From: Paraspadella gotoi
Lineage: Eukaryota; Animalia; Chaetognatha
Reading direction: 5' to 3'
Length of the DNA stretch: 10,482 bases
Assembly (NCBI GenBank): GCA_051294375.1
Contig: CM119265.1
Location: 17,607,937 to 17,618,418, forward strand
The position numbers were made by a program, and so were the translations under genes. How positions within the stretch are numbered: position 1 is the stretch's first letter; each line of letters begins with the position of its first letter. The notes beneath the pieces were generated by a model. That model had not been told where the DNA came from. It saw only the letters and a program-made list of their open reading frames with translations, and searched no databases. Positions 9,215-10,482 of this stretch are shown one piece after another.

Positions 9215-9519
9215 NNNNNNNNNNNNNNNNNNNNNNNNNNNNNNNNNNNNNNNNNNNNNNNNNNNNNNNNNNNNNNNNNNNNNNNNNNNNNNNNNNNNNN
9301 NNNNNNNNNNNNNNNNNNNNNNNNNNNNNNNNNNNNNNNNNNNNNNNNNNNNNNNNNNNNNNNNNNNNNNNNNNNNNNNNNNNNNNNNNNNNNNNNNNNN
9401 NNNNNNNNNNNNNNNNNNNNNNNNNNNNNNNNNNNNNNNNNNNNNNNNNNNNNNNNNNNNNNNNNNNNNNNNNNNNNNNNNNNNNNNNNNNNNNNNNNNN
9501 NNNNNNNNNNNNNNNNNNN
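9215..9519. other. Assembly gap or masked run (305 N)
   Basis: Run of N. Confidence 0.99.
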
Positions 9520-9649
9520 AAAAAAACTCCCCCGACGCGCGCGCCACCTGAAATCGCTAATGCGAAGTTAATGAGCGACGCCCGCGGTTCGATCCCGTCG
9601 ACAAATGAACAAAACTTTGGCGAAGGAACGAAACTCGCTTTTCATGGCG

Positions 9650-9811
9650 NNNNNNNNNNNNNNNNNNNNNNNNNNNNNNNNNNNNNNNNNNNNNNNNNNN
9701 NNNNNNNNNNNNNNNNNNNNNNNNNNNNNNNNNNNNNNNNNNNNNNNNNNNNNNNNNNNNNNNNNNNNNNNNNNNNNNNNNNNNNNNNNNNNNNNNNNNN
9801 NNNNNNNNNNN
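9650..9811. other. Assembly gap or masked run (162 N)
   Basis: Run of N. Confidence 0.99.
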
Positions 9812-10034
9812 GAGAATGGGTTGAAAAGAAATGAAAGAGTAAAGGTAGAAAAGATAGAACAATAATGGGCGAAGATACTTTCTTTAACAATGTCAACAAA
9901 ATTTAGACGAGAACGATTGCTTTGACTTTACTAATGAACTACGTTGAGATCGTCTCCTTCTGTTTGGGTACAAGTCGATAATGAATGACAACATCGTAAT
10001 CGATCATCAACGGTCGGGGCGAACGGCGACAATC

Positions 10035-10077
10035 ACGACGACGACGACGACGACGACTGTTTGAGCGACGACGACGA
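10035..10077. repeat. Interrupted (ACG)n microsatellite
   Basis: ACG x7 at 10035-10055, a short spacer, then (CGA)4 to 10077. Confidence 0.9.
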
Positions 10078-10190
10078 AGTAGTCGGAGTTTAAAGGAACT
10101 TAGAATGACAAAAGACGCGTGAATTCGAGAGTCGAAAATTTGTTCGGAGGTTAAATCGAATCGACCGCGAGGTTGTTGAGGTAGCGAGTG

Positions 10191-10235
10191 GGTGGTGTTG
10201 GTGGTTTGAGCGGTTTGGGTGGTCTGGGCGGTGGG
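10191..10235. repeat. Degenerate 9-bp tandem repeat, 5 copies
   Basis: GGTGGTGTT GGTGGTTTG AGCGGTTTG GGTGGTCTG GGCGGTGGG. Confidence 0.65.
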
Positions 10236-10482
10236 TGAAACAGTAATTGAAGGTGGAAGATGAATTACCAAAAAAAAAGGGTAGAGTGGGACTCAAAAGT
10301 TTTTATGAGGGGAGCAGGGTTGAGCCAAGTTTACGTTTTTTTTTCTTTTTAGCGTTCTGGTGAAAATCTGGCGAAGTGTAGTACATTGTACTGTACAAGT
10401 GTACAAGTAAAAAGACATAAATTAAACAGAGCTGAATTCGTAATCACGAGTTAAAGGTAATATAAATGTTCATACATTTGAT

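Noticed and set aside
10185-10238. Gly-Gly-Leu repeat reading (GGVGGLSGLGGLGGG) with codon-like variation
   Set aside because: The frame is closed by TAG at 10182-10184 and TGA at 10236-10238, with no polypyrimidine acceptor or start codon; treated as a 9-bp tandem repeat.

Overview
Eukaryotic non-coding DNA from a gapped draft assembly (five N-runs). It is AT-rich, CpG is plainly not depleted, and it is dense in (GA/CT)n and (GAC/GTC)n microsatellites, which suggests an invertebrate, possibly arthropod (inference only). None of the supplied ORFs is a credible gene: they are low-complexity translations or read through N-runs. The one high-information structure is at about 8423-8663. It is a 77-bp inverted repeat (76/77 complementary) flanked by a 12-bp direct repeat. 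Its spacer and right arm contain a minimal type I hammerhead ribozyme core (CTGATGA-A-GGCTCT-loop-AGAGCC-GAAAC-AT-GTC) followed by AATAAA. This architecture matches a short, non-autonomous Penelope-like retroelement (PLE) pseudo-LTR insertion. That class is already known, although this family may be uncatalogued. The window also holds a ~70-bp minisatellite (7129-7402), long purine/pyrimidine tracts and two G-quadruplex consensus motifs. I found no evidence for an entirely new biological system.
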